Below, piece after piece: positions 8,040-17,196 of a stretch of DNA of 64,000 bases. The position numbers and the translations under genes were made by a program. Origin of the DNA: Candidatus Babelota bacterium (lineage in GTDB: Bacteria; Babelota; Babeliae; Babelales; JACPOV01); the NCBI GenBank assembly GCA_022707425.1, contig JAKJAQ010000008.1:2498-66497 (forward strand), read 5' to 3'. The notes under the pieces are model-generated. The model was not told the DNA's origin. It saw nothing but the letters and a program-made list of their open reading frames with translations, and ran no database searches. Each line of letters opens with the position of its first letter. Positions within the stretch are counted from its first letter, which is position 1.

Positions 8040-9185
8040 ATGTGGATGAAGAAAAAGGAGTTGCATGTTCTGTACATTATCACCAAGCTCGAGCTTGGTG
8101 GCGCTCAAAAAGTTTGCCTCAGTTTGTTCAATGGCTTATCTTCACAAGGACATCGAAGTTTTCTCATCTCAGGCACAGATGGAACTTTAACTAACCAAGT
8201 TTCAGAAGAAAAAAATATTATTTTACTTTCTTCTTTCGTAAGAGAAGTGGGTTGGCAATCATTTATCACTGAATGGCGCGCGTTTAAAGAGCTTGTACGA
8301 AAAATAAAACAGTTAAAAAAAGAATTTCCTGATCTTATTGTTCATACACACAGCACGAAAGCCGGCATTCTCGGTCGATGGGCAGCATGGTGGTGTGGCA
8401 TTGAAAAACGTATTCATACGGTGCACGGATTTGCATTTCATGAATATCAAACATGGTTGAAGTGGGTGTGTATTTATGCAGTTGAATTCATAACAAGTTT
8501 TATTACTACCCATTATGTTTGCGTTTCATCACATGATGTTAAAACCGGTATTCGATTATTTCCTCGTTTTACACAAAAACATTCGATCATTCGTGCTGCA
8601 GTTGATACAAAACAATTTTATCTTCCCGCTCAAAAAAATAAATTCGAACGATCAACAAACACATTTGTTTTCGGCACCATTTCTTGTTTTAAAGAACAAA
8701 AAAATCTTTTTGATTTATTACACGCATTTAAAGATGCATATGCAAAAAACAACACAATTAGACTCGAAATTATCGGTGATGGTATTTTGCGTCCCGCACT
8801 CGAAGAATGGATCAAGCACCATGAATTAACACAAGTTATTACGCTGCATGGCTGGCAATCTGAAGTTGCACCAATCATGATTGATTGGCATGCATTCGTG
8901 CTCAGTTCACTTTGGGAAGGATTGCCATGTGCAGTTGTCGAAGCGCGATTGCTCAAACTACCAGTTCTATCGTACAACACCGGTGGTATTCATGATATCA
9001 TTTTTAGTGGTGAAAACGGTTTTTTGTATAAACAAAAACAGTGGCATCAATTAGCGCATGGTATGCTCACTCTTGCTCAAAATAATCAGCTTTATAAAAA
9101 ATTAGCTTCTTATCACGATGATTTACGTTCATTTGAACAATCGTATATGATTCAGCAACATCTTACCCTTTACCGCGATTTTTAA
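8040..9185 (+). CDS. glycosyltransferase, GT4 (GT-B fold) family
   Basis: N-terminal LHVLYIITKLELGGAQKV. C-terminal EX7E-type region SSLWEGLPCAVVEARLLKLPVLSYNTGGIHDIIFSGENGFL. Confidence 0.85.
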   Translation: MWMKKKELHVLYIITKLELGGAQKVCLSLFNGLSSQGHRSFLISGTDGTLTNQVSEEKNIILLSSFVREVGWQSFITEWRAFKELVRKIKQLKKEFPDLIVHTHSTKAGILGRWAAWWCGIEKRIHTVHGFAFHEYQTWLKWVCIYAVEFITSFITTHYVCVSSHDVKTGIRLFPRFTQKHSIIRAAVDTKQFYLPAQKNKFERSTNTFVFGTISCFKEQKNLFDLLHAFKDAYAKNNTIRLEIIGDGILRPALEEWIKHHELTQVITLHGWQSEVAPIMIDWHAFVLSSLWEGLPCAVVEARLLKLPVLSYNTGGIHDIIFSGENGFLYKQKQWHQLAHGMLTLAQNNQLYKKLASYHDDLRSFEQSYMIQQHLTLYRDF

Positions 9186-9252
9186 GTGACATTTTATTGC
9201 ATTTCAAGTAATTTGTGGAGCAATAAGGGACATTGACACGTAAGGAATTTGT

Positions 9253-10164
9253 ATGCACTTCAAAACAGTACTTGAATCAATCGGAAACACGCCGCTCGTC
9301 AAAGTTAATTTTGGCACACCGCCGTGTGTTCTTGCAAAACTTGATTATTTAAACCCCGGCGGCAGCGTGAAAGATCGCTCTGCGTTGTATATGATTGAAG
9401 AAGCTGAGCGTGAAGGATTATTAAAGCCAGGCGGCACTTTGATTGATGCATCATCAGGTAATCAAGGAATCGCAACTGCAATGATTGGTGCACTGAAAAA
9501 TTATAAAGTAATTATTACCGTGTCAGAAAAAATCAGCAAAGAAAAACTGCAAACTATCAAAGCCTATGGAGCTGAGGTTGTCATGTGTCCTTCAACTTCA
9601 TATTTAGAAGATCCAAATAGTTATCACAGCAGAGCGGTAGAAATTCACAAAAAAACACCAAATTCATTCATGCCAAATCAATATTTTAATGTGGCCAATT
9701 CGCGAGCACATTATTTTTCACTCGGTCCTGAAATATGGAACCAAACAAATGGCAAAGTTACACACCTGCTTGGTGCAGTTGGAACAGGTGGTCATGTAAG
9801 TGGCCTTGGCAGATATTTAAAAGAAAAAAATCCAAACATTAAAGTTGTTGCACTCGATTCTATCAATTCCTGGCGCGCTACAAAAGGAAACCCAAAGCCG
9901 TACAAAATTGAAGGAATCGGTGTTGACTTTGCATCACCGGTACTTGATTATTCAGTTATTGATGAATTTATTGGTGTCACTGATGAAGATGGCTTGGGAA
10001 TGCTAAAAATAATGGCGCAAAAACATGGTCTATTAATTGGACCAAGTAGTGGTGCTGTTGCTTGGGCAGGAAGAGAATACAGCAAAAAATTGTCTCCTGA
10101 TGCAGTGGTTGTCATGCTTTTTGGCGATTCTGGCCGCGCATATTTAACTAAAGATTTTTATTAA
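9253..10164 (+). CDS. cysK: PLP-dependent cysteine synthase / cystathionine beta-synthase family protein
   Basis: IGNTPLVKV, LNPGGSVKDRSA (PLP lysine), SSGNQGIATA, GTGGHVSG. Substrate specificity cannot be resolved from sequence alone. Confidence 0.75.
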   Translation: MHFKTVLESIGNTPLVKVNFGTPPCVLAKLDYLNPGGSVKDRSALYMIEEAEREGLLKPGGTLIDASSGNQGIATAMIGALKNYKVIITVSEKISKEKLQTIKAYGAEVVMCPSTSYLEDPNSYHSRAVEIHKKTPNSFMPNQYFNVANSRAHYFSLGPEIWNQTNGKVTHLLGAVGTGGHVSGLGRYLKEKNPNIKVVALDSINSWRATKGNPKPYKIEGIGVDFASPVLDYSVIDEFIGVTDEDGLGMLKIMAQKHGLLIGPSSGAVAWAGREYSKKLSPDAVVVMLFGDSGRAYLTKDFY

Positions 10165-10376
10165 TTTTTTAAAGTGGAAATTGTTTTTAATAAGCAATGA
10201 CCCACCACCCCATACAATAAAAGATGCACCATTCCTAACAAAAGACCGTACGATGAATTTTTTCCACTCGCAGGTTTGCGCAGAGAATCGTAACATTTTT
10301 GTGCATAATTTTTTTTATTACTCTGTTTGTAAAGTGCAAATGAAAGTATGTGCAATTGTGTATTTAAATCAATCAT
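10161..10376 (-). CDS. hypothetical small protein with C-terminal TM
   Basis: 71 aa. Start overlaps the stop of the upstream 114-aa ORF by 4 nt (10373-10376, ATGA junction), suggesting coupling. Hydrophobic stretch YGLLLGMVHLLLYGVVGHCLL. Weak support. Confidence 0.3.
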   Translation of the reverse strand: MIDLNTQLHILSFALYKQSNKKNYAQKCYDSLRKPASGKNSSYGLLLGMVHLLLYGVVGHCLLKTISTLKN

Positions 10377-10717
10377 TTCACCGAACTGCGCACTCGGAAC
10401 ACCTGTTCAATTGCATTTTCTTTGAAATACCATTGCACGAATTCATTTTCGGGATAATATGAAATTGCTTTCACATTCCCGTAGAAATCTCCACACACCA
10501 CTTGGACAATTCTGTGATTTTTACACATTAAAGAATCTTTCAAAGGCGTAAAGGTGAAAATGTTGATTTCATCAGTTGGAAGTTTATGCAAACGTGTTTC
10601 AATATCGGTTATTTTATGCCTTTTTCGATTGGCTATTATTAGCCGTTGAGGATGTTCCATTCCCTGCATAGAAATAAACTGCACCAAATAAAGGAAAATA
10701 CTATATCGATTGTTCAT
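10373..10717 (-). CDS. hypothetical protein
   Basis: 114 aa. 4-nt overlaps with the ORFs on both sides. No family recognised. Confidence 0.45.
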   Translation of the reverse strand: MNNRYSIFLYLVQFISMQGMEHPQRLIIANRKRHKITDIETRLHKLPTDEINIFTFTPLKDSLMCKNHRIVQVVCGDFYGNVKAISYYPENEFVQWYFKENAIEQVFRVRSSVK

Positions 10718-10965
10718 TTATTAACTATTGTTTTTACCACAGGTTTTCGTAATCGAATTCCGCCTTGATCTTCTTGAGAAACATTTTTATTGTTAACAGC
10801 CCCTGTTGGTGTGATTCCAGAATTTCCTGATTTTTTACTGTTTTCATTATTTTGTTCGTTCACAATTATTTTAGATTTTTTTTCCCCACTAACATTTTCT
10901 TTTTCGTGCATTGCAAACACACTTTGTATAACAACAAAGAATACCAAAACTCTTATTTTCAGCAT
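10714..10965 (-). CDS. hypothetical small exported protein (Asn/Lys-rich)
   Basis: Signal-like MLKIRVLVFFVVIQSVFA followed by a low-complexity polar region. Confidence 0.45.
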   Translation of the reverse strand: MLKIRVLVFFVVIQSVFAMHEKENVSGEKKSKIIVNEQNNENSKKSGNSGITPTGAVNNKNVSQEDQGGIRLRKPVVKTIVNK

Positions 10966-10991
10966 TACTTTTTTCCGTTCGTGTTATTGCT

Positions 10992-11252
10992 TCAATCATT
11001 TTTTTTTTGCTTAACACGCAATTTTCTCAGCCTTTTTGGAAGCTGTCTTTGCACTATATGATTAGTTTTCTTTTGTAGATTTTGTGCCGGCTCACCTGCT
11101 TGAGTTGCTTGAACCCAGCTATTGTGTGCAAGAAATGCACCAATTTTCGCCTGAGCTGCCGCGAATGCTGCGGGATTCATTCCTGGATTATTATCAGCAG
11201 CTTTTAATTTTAAAAAAAATATAAAAAAAAACAGCATATTTAGATTTTTCAT
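10992..11252 (-). CDS. hypothetical small exported protein with basic C-terminus
   Basis: ATG 11252 is preceded by AAGGAG on the minus strand. Signal-like MKNLNMLFFFIFFLKLKA. C-terminal tail KRLRKLRVKQKK. Confidence 0.45.
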   Translation of the reverse strand: MKNLNMLFFFIFFLKLKAADNNPGMNPAAFAAAQAKIGAFLAHNSWVQATQAGEPAQNLQKKTNHIVQRQLPKRLRKLRVKQKKND

Positions 11253-11417
11253 GCCGCTCCTTATACCAAATAAAAATTTGTTCAAATAAATTTTTGCACA
11301 ACAAAAGTCTTAATTACAATATATTTTATCGTGCTTTGTTTGTCTTGATTTACCAAATCAAGGTCGATACAATTTTGAGGCAAATACTATTAAATGCCAA
11401 AAGAATCGGTGCATCTT

Positions 11418-12818
11418 ATGAAAAGTACATTTTTTCTCACTGCAGTTTTCTCATTTTCAGCGTTCGCGATGGAAAATGATAAATTGTCTCAATTTACAAA
11501 CTTAAATCTGAATAATTCAGTAAACAACGAACTAGCAGAATTTAAACAACGAAGAACAACGCTACTCAGTTTGGTTGAAAAGCAACACAAAAAAACTGGA
11601 CCAATTTTGCTTGTTGCTGGATTTGATCAGGAACTTCTTGAATTTGAACAGGAAAAATCATTTTATTATTATACTGGCATTGTGCATCCTGGCCTTACTC
11701 TCATGCTCGAGCAAAATAAATCAAGCATATACGCACCAAAATATTTGAGAGACCCACTGCTATGGACCGATTATTCTGTTGTATCACAAGAAACGGTGCA
11801 AGCGGCAGGAATTGATGAGTTTTTATTTATAGGAAAAGCGATCGAACCAGGATGTACCTCCGCGCTCTGTGACAGTCCAGAACATTATGCAAACTTGATT
11901 TCCAATCTCAAAAAACGCATACAAGAAAAACAAACAATATACTCACTTAACTCAACTTCCGAAGGTCTTTATAACCAGCACATTACCTTTTTAAGAAATT
12001 TGATGAAGCATGTGCCCGGGCTTGAAAGTTCATTGAAAGATATTTCTCCCCTTGTTGCACACATGCGCAGAACAAAATCGGCTCTCGAAATTCAAAAAAT
12101 GGAAGCCTCTATCGCCCTATCAATCAAAGGATTTAATAAAATTGCCCCTAAAATTCGTGACGGCCTTTCTCAGACGCAAATTCGCACAAAAATCGAAAGC
12201 GTTTTTACCGCATGTGGGGCACAACCTGCTTATTATTCCATTGTAGGTTCAGGTGATACTATTCATTATCTACATCCAAAACCAAGTCATTTGGTCAAAG
12301 TAAAAAATGGTGATCTTGTACTTATTGATGCTGGTGCACGGAAAGAATATTATTGTGCAGATTTGACAAGAACCTTTCCTGTCTCCGGCAAATTCACTGA
12401 GCGCCAAAAAGAGATCTATAACCTTGTATTAGCAACGCAACAGCATTTAGCTAATACAGTAAAACCTGGTTTTTATATAAGCAACAGAAAGGAAGCTGAC
12501 AAATCGTTAAATTGTATTGCTAAAACGTTTTTAAAAGAACATGGTGGCTTTGATCACTGTTTGCCTCATGGAGTTAGCCATCATCTGGGCCTTGATGTTC
12601 ATGATCCGGTTACGGATTGGGAAATGGCTCTCAAAGAAGGGGATGTGATCACGATCGAACCGGGAATTTACATTAAAGACGAACAAATCGGCATTCGCAT
12701 CGAGGATAATTATTTGATTACTGAAAATGGTGCACAATGCTTAAGTGCAGCATTACCCAAAACAGTTGAAGAAATTGAAGCCTTAATGCAATCAGGCAAA
12801 AAGAATATGATTCGCTAA
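11418..12818 (+). CDS. pepP: Xaa-Pro aminopeptidase (M24B) with N-terminal signal peptide
   Basis: M24 metal-ligand motifs: LIDAGARKEYYCADLTRTF, HGVSHHLGLDVHD, ITIEPGIY, GIRIEDNYLITENG. N-terminus MKSTFFLTAVFSFSAFA is signal-like. Confidence 0.85.
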   Translation: MKSTFFLTAVFSFSAFAMENDKLSQFTNLNLNNSVNNELAEFKQRRTTLLSLVEKQHKKTGPILLVAGFDQELLEFEQEKSFYYYTGIVHPGLTLMLEQNKSSIYAPKYLRDPLLWTDYSVVSQETVQAAGIDEFLFIGKAIEPGCTSALCDSPEHYANLISNLKKRIQEKQTIYSLNSTSEGLYNQHITFLRNLMKHVPGLESSLKDISPLVAHMRRTKSALEIQKMEASIALSIKGFNKIAPKIRDGLSQTQIRTKIESVFTACGAQPAYYSIVGSGDTIHYLHPKPSHLVKVKNGDLVLIDAGARKEYYCADLTRTFPVSGKFTERQKEIYNLVLATQQHLANTVKPGFYISNRKEADKSLNCIAKTFLKEHGGFDHCLPHGVSHHLGLDVHDPVTDWEMALKEGDVITIEPGIYIKDEQIGIRIEDNYLITENGAQCLSAALPKTVEEIEALMQSGKKNMIR

Positions 12819-12821
12819 AAA

Positions 12822-12862
12822 TTAAGTGGTTATGAACGTTATTGCAATTCATAACCACTTAA
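12822..12862. terminator. hairpin between convergent genes (15-bp stem, 11-nt loop)
   Basis: ttaagtggttatgaa (12822-12836) pairs perfectly with ttcataaccacttaa (12848-12862). A T-run follows only on the minus-strand reading (aattttta). Confidence 0.6.
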
Positions 12863-12879
12863 TATCAAGAACAATTTTA

Positions 12880-13269
12880 CTATTTTTTTACAATCAGCTC
12901 AGCAAAGTCATACGAAACTTGAGCCTGCGGGAGTAAAATGGCAGCAATTGCTTGCGATCCGATACCATGTTGCCAACGAACGCCAGCTACATTTTTAAGT
13001 GAAGTGTTAAGGTTGACTAATAATTGATAATTTATTGGTTGGCCGGCTAATGCATATACACCCCAAAATGCACCGGTTGTATCTTGAAAATTGCCAATTT
13101 TGGGCCATCCATTAAGCGGCGGTTGATAAGCTTTGACCACAACTTGTCCATTATTATAGGCCGACATAAAAATGTCGGTAATTGCCACTCTTGGGTCAAC
13201 ATTCATCGCCTTTATTGTTGAAGACGCAGAAAACAACGCGCATAATGCGATTTTGTACATTTTATTCAT
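12880..13269 (-). CDS. hypothetical exported protein
   Basis: 129 aa. Signal-like MNKMYKIALCALFSASSTIKA. No family recognised. Confidence 0.5.
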   Translation of the reverse strand: MNKMYKIALCALFSASSTIKAMNVDPRVAITDIFMSAYNNGQVVVKAYQPPLNGWPKIGNFQDTTGAFWGVYALAGQPINYQLLVNLNTSLKNVAGVRWQHGIGSQAIAAILLPQAQVSYDFAELIVKK

Positions 13270-13379
13270 CTTTTACCCTTTCCACTGGTTTTATTGTATC
13301 CCCACATACTCTCAGAAATCTTTTTTCAAAACGCTGAAAAAAATAGAAAGAAAAATGCAAAATTCTATAGAAAAAATTA

Positions 13380-13413
13380 TCCCCTATCCAGACAGAACGT
13401 CGTGGACAGGGGA
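13380..13413 (-). terminator. Rho-independent terminator candidate downstream of the fdx / acyl-CoA ligase / GT4 operon
   Basis: tcccctatcca (13380-13390) pairs with tggacagggga (13403-13413), 11 bp with one mismatch. On the minus strand it is followed by ataatttttt. Confidence 0.55.
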
Positions 13414-13559
13414 AATGGAGGTTATCATCTTCAAAACTTTTTAATATCTTTGAAAAAAGAGTACCCCAACATCAGGTAAAAAGCAAATTTTTTACCAATA
13501 ACATGCCGCACAACATTGTTCTCTTTTGTTGTAACAAAAAATAATATCAATTTGCAATA

Positions 13560-14675
13560 TTATAGTCTTCGAATCGATGAAAAATAATACAAATTTTCAT
13601 ATTCGCCAACCATTTTGGCAAGCGTAAAATTGCTTTCTATTGTTATGTGAGCAGCATTTTCACATTTTTTACGAATGAATGGTTTTTCGATCATTATTTT
13701 TAATGCTTCGTACAATGCATCCTCATCATTTGCCGCAACAATATACCCATTTTTCCCATTTTCAATCACTTCATGATCTCGTTCGCTCGTTGTAACCACG
13801 CAGGCTCGACCGAAACTCATTGCTTCAAGAAGCGCAATTGAAATTCCTTCTTTAGTTGAAGATTGCACAAAACAATCAAATAATCGGTAATAACCGTACG
13901 CTTTCTGTCCAATAACAAAACACACTGCATTCTTAATGCCCAATCGAACCGCCTGAGCGCGAAGCCGGCTTTCCTCGGGTCCTCCACCAACTAAAATGAG
14001 CCGCGCGCTGGGAAAATCGCGATAAATACGCGCAAAGACCGTTAATAAAAATGAATAATTTTTAAGTGCCACAAATCTGCCAACAGCACCAATAATAAAA
14101 TGAGTTGGTAAAAACCCTAATTGTTCATGGGAAATAATCTGCTCCTGTGCACGTGCACGTACTTGTACTGCATCGATCCCATTTCTTATTACTTTGACCC
14201 GCTCAGCTGGTAAAAATCTATAGGTGCGCATTGTTCGCACGACCCCTTCAGAAACGGCAATTAACTCATCGGCTAACCACAAAGAAAGCATATCAATTGC
14301 ATTGCGAACAAAACCGTTTTGGTCATTGTTATTATGCAGAACACAAATAACCGGAGTTCTGGTAAATATCCCAATAATTCGTGCAACTACATTCGCTGCC
14401 CACAATGATGAGTGAATACAGGTGGGTTTTTCTTTTTTTACCATTCTGTAAAAACGCACAAAAAATAGTGGATCAAATAAGCATACCGCACCACGCAAAT
14501 GATAAAGTGGTATACTCAAGCTCCTTAAAGCTTCAACCTTGGGACCTGGGTGAATAAAAACTACTGCTTGCTGAATATTTTTTTTGTGAAGCTGTGCAAC
14601 CAAATCGCACAAAAGTGTTTCGGCACCACCGGTTTTCAAACTTGAAATAACATGCATAACTTTAATCGTTTGCAC
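13560..14675 (-). CDS. glycosyltransferase, GT4 (GT-B fold) family
   Basis: IKVMHVISSLKTGGAETLL at the N-terminus. C-terminal SSTKEGISIALLEAMSFGRACVVTT...ENGKNGYIV. GTG start overlaps the upstream TAG stop by 1 nt (TAGTG). Confidence 0.85.
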   Translation of the reverse strand: MQTIKVMHVISSLKTGGAETLLCDLVAQLHKKNIQQAVVFIHPGPKVEALRSLSIPLYHLRGAVCLFDPLFFVRFYRMVKKEKPTCIHSSLWAANVVARIIGIFTRTPVICVLHNNNDQNGFVRNAIDMLSLWLADELIAVSEGVVRTMRTYRFLPAERVKVIRNGIDAVQVRARAQEQIISHEQLGFLPTHFIIGAVGRFVALKNYSFLLTVFARIYRDFPSARLILVGGGPEESRLRAQAVRLGIKNAVCFVIGQKAYGYYRLFDCFVQSSTKEGISIALLEAMSFGRACVVTTSERDHEVIENGKNGYIVAANDEDALYEALKIMIEKPFIRKKCENAAHITIESNFTLAKMVGEYENLYYFSSIRRL

Positions 14676-16249
14676 TAACTATTATCCTTCACAGAATGAT
14701 TAGCCAGTTGGGCGCGCAATTTCTTTTTATCTACCTTACCAAGAGGCGTCATGGGCAAATCGTCCAAAACAAAAAAAACACGTGGTATTTTGTAGGGTGC
14801 CAAGTGTTGAGTACATAACATTTTCAATTGTTGCTCAATAGTTGTCACCGGTTCACGTAATGCTACAAAAGCTACAGGAATTTCGCCAACGGATTCATCT
14901 TTTTTTCCTACAACCGCCACTTTGATAACTGCCGTGTGCCCAAGAAGGACATTCTCAATTTCTTGTGGATAAATAATCAGCCCTTTATTTTTGATAATGT
15001 CACGTTCGCGACCGAATATGACTAAGCGATTTTTCGCATCAAAATAGGCACAATCACCAGTATTGAGCCACCCATCTTGTAACACAGCTTGTGTTTGTTG
15101 TTCATCTTTATAATAGCCCTTCATGACATTGTCACCTTTTACCCACAAAATCCCTTTTGCTCCGAAAGAAACTTCTTGGTTATTATCACCGCGAATTGAA
15201 CATGCTAACCCGGGTGCAGGAACTCCGACCGTATTTGGTGCACAAAGTTCATCATCAAAGTTAATCGCAATTAATGGCGATGTTTCGGTCATGCCATAAC
15301 CATTGCAAATTCTACGGCGAAAAATAAGTTCGAATGCCATTCTAATTTTGTCTGGCATAGCATCGCCACCTGAAACAAAATAACGAACTGAATCAAATTT
15401 TATTGAGCGCATCAAGCAAAAAAGACCATAAAGCGCGGGAACACCAAGCACTATGGTTGGCTGGTGATGTAATCCATGCACGATAAATTTTCGATCAATT
15501 TTGGGCACGATAATAACTGCAGCACCAACAAAAAAATTTCCCCAAACACACGCAAGCTGAGCAAAACTGTGAAAAAGAGGTAAGACCCCTAGTATTCTAT
15601 CCTTTTCAGTTGCATCAATGCAGGCCATTCCTTGTGCAATATTGGTAAGAATACACCGAGAACTGAGCATAACTCCCTTAGGAACACCCGTAGTTCCTGA
15701 AGTATACAATAATGCAGCCATATCTTCAGGGGCACGATTCGGTACGGTAAGATTTACTAATTCATCTTGCGTTGCTCGCGTTAATCCTGATAATTGCGTT
15801 CCGGTTATCAGCGGTGGGAGGTGGTTACTAATTAACTGTATTTTTTGTGCAAGTTGATCGGATGCAATGACAACAACTGGTTGTGCATCGTCCAAAATGT
15901 GTTGAATTTCTTTTTCGTGTAAAAATGTATTAAGTGGAATAACAACTGCGCCGACCTGCCATGCACCATAATAGCTCACATAAAATTCAATCGAATTTTC
16001 AAATGCAACGCATACGCGATCGCCCGGCTTGACACCCATACTCTTAAGTTTGATAGTTACCGCAACCGCCCGCGCAAACAATTCTTCAAACGAAATGATT
16101 TCTTGATCGGTAATCAAAGCAGGTCGCTTGCGAAATTCTTTTGCTGCATGCGCAAGCAAATTACCAGCATAGCTATAATTATTTTTGCCCAACAAAAGTT
16201 CACAATAATATTCAAAACGCTTTATTGAGGCTTTTGTGCGTCGTTGCAT
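14675..16249 (-). CDS. AMP-dependent acyl-CoA synthetase / ligase (ANL superfamily)
   Basis: AMP-binding motif LLYTSGTTGVPKGVMLS, plus GYGMTETS, and GWLNTGDCAYFD...GRERDIIKNKG. Confidence 0.9.
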   Translation of the reverse strand: MQRRTKASIKRFEYYCELLLGKNNYSYAGNLLAHAAKEFRKRPALITDQEIISFEELFARAVAVTIKLKSMGVKPGDRVCVAFENSIEFYVSYYGAWQVGAVVIPLNTFLHEKEIQHILDDAQPVVVIASDQLAQKIQLISNHLPPLITGTQLSGLTRATQDELVNLTVPNRAPEDMAALLYTSGTTGVPKGVMLSSRCILTNIAQGMACIDATEKDRILGVLPLFHSFAQLACVWGNFFVGAAVIIVPKIDRKFIVHGLHHQPTIVLGVPALYGLFCLMRSIKFDSVRYFVSGGDAMPDKIRMAFELIFRRRICNGYGMTETSPLIAINFDDELCAPNTVGVPAPGLACSIRGDNNQEVSFGAKGILWVKGDNVMKGYYKDEQQTQAVLQDGWLNTGDCAYFDAKNRLVIFGRERDIIKNKGLIIYPQEIENVLLGHTAVIKVAVVGKKDESVGEIPVAFVALREPVTTIEQQLKMLCTQHLAPYKIPRVFFVLDDLPMTPLGKVDKKKLRAQLANHSVKDNS

Positions 16250-16251
16250 TT

Positions 16252-16443
16252 TTACTCCTCACACTCGATAACATTAACTGGACACGCTAAGACCGCATCT
16301 TTAATCAACTGAGTGTGTGCGTTGAGATCAGCATTTTTTTTTACATGGCTAATATCGGTTACTTCAAACACTTCAGGTGCAATGAATTCACAAGCTCCAC
16401 AGGTGATACAACCAGGATTGATAACTACTTTTTTCATAAACAC
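16252..16443 (-). CDS. small single-cluster ferredoxin
   Basis: 63 aa. Cluster ligands CITCGACEFIAP ... ACP (Cx2Cx2C...CP). Confidence 0.8.
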   Translation of the reverse strand: MFMKKVVINPGCITCGACEFIAPEVFEVTDISHVKKNADLNAHTQLIKDAVLACPVNVIECEE

Positions 16444-16545
16444 GATTCCTTATAAGGCACAAGACACCGATCTGGAGTTGCGCTATACTTACCATAAAGT
16501 TTTTTTTACAATTTATCAAAAATTAGTACAGCTCAAGGATGAATT

Positions 16546-17196
16546 ATGCCTCAGTTGCAACGCGGCATTTTAATAGCGATAGAAGGGATCGATGGTTCTG
16601 GTAAAACCACGTTGATCAATAATCTTGCTGATCGTTTTGCGCAACTTAATCTTCCTGTTTTAAAGACACGAGAACCGGGCGCCAGCAAGCTAGGCAAAGC
16701 GTTACGAGAACTTCTACAACATCGCACCTACGATATTTTTCCGGTTGCTGAGTTTTTGCTGTTTGCCGCTGATCGGGCGCAACACATGCAAGAAATTATT
16801 CTTCCAGCCCTGCAGGCTCACACTATTGTCATTTCTGATCGCATGAGTGATTCATCGCTCGTTTATCAAGGATATGGCAAAGGTGTAGATCTTGAAATGA
16901 TAAATTCTGTTAACCGATGGGCTATGCACAATAAAAAACCGGATCTTACGTGTTTTGTGCACATTGAACAACAATTAGCAAAAAAACGGTTGCATGAACG
17001 CGCGCAAAAATTAACTGCTTTTGAAAAAGAATCGAACGATTTTACCCAAAAACTTATTGCAGGATTTGAAACACTCTATAAAAATAGAGAGGATGTTATT
17101 TTTCTTGAAGGTTCAGATGCACCTGAATCTATTGCACATAATGCATTTACTCAAATAAAAACTTTCCTTGTTAATAATCGGTTACTTACCCTATGA
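16546..17196 (+). CDS. tmk: thymidylate kinase
   Basis: P-loop IAIEGIDGSGKTT, TREPG, and DRxxxSSLVYQG motifs. Confidence 0.9.
   Translation: MPQLQRGILIAIEGIDGSGKTTLINNLADRFAQLNLPVLKTREPGASKLGKALRELLQHRTYDIFPVAEFLLFAADRAQHMQEIILPALQAHTIVISDRMSDSSLVYQGYGKGVDLEMINSVNRWAMHNKKPDLTCFVHIEQQLAKKRLHERAQKLTAFEKESNDFTQKLIAGFETLYKNREDVIFLEGSDAPESIAHNAFTQIKTFLVNNRLLTL

Noticed and set aside
10373-10717. Possible F-box-like motif (LHKLPTDEINIFTFTPLKDSL...VVCGDF) in the 114-aa ORF, which would suggest a eukaryote-like effector
   Set aside because: Only the LPxxE...I/F...KD..L part fits. The spacing to the second half needs a 5-6 residue insertion and the Trp is missing. This is too weak to claim without a profile search.
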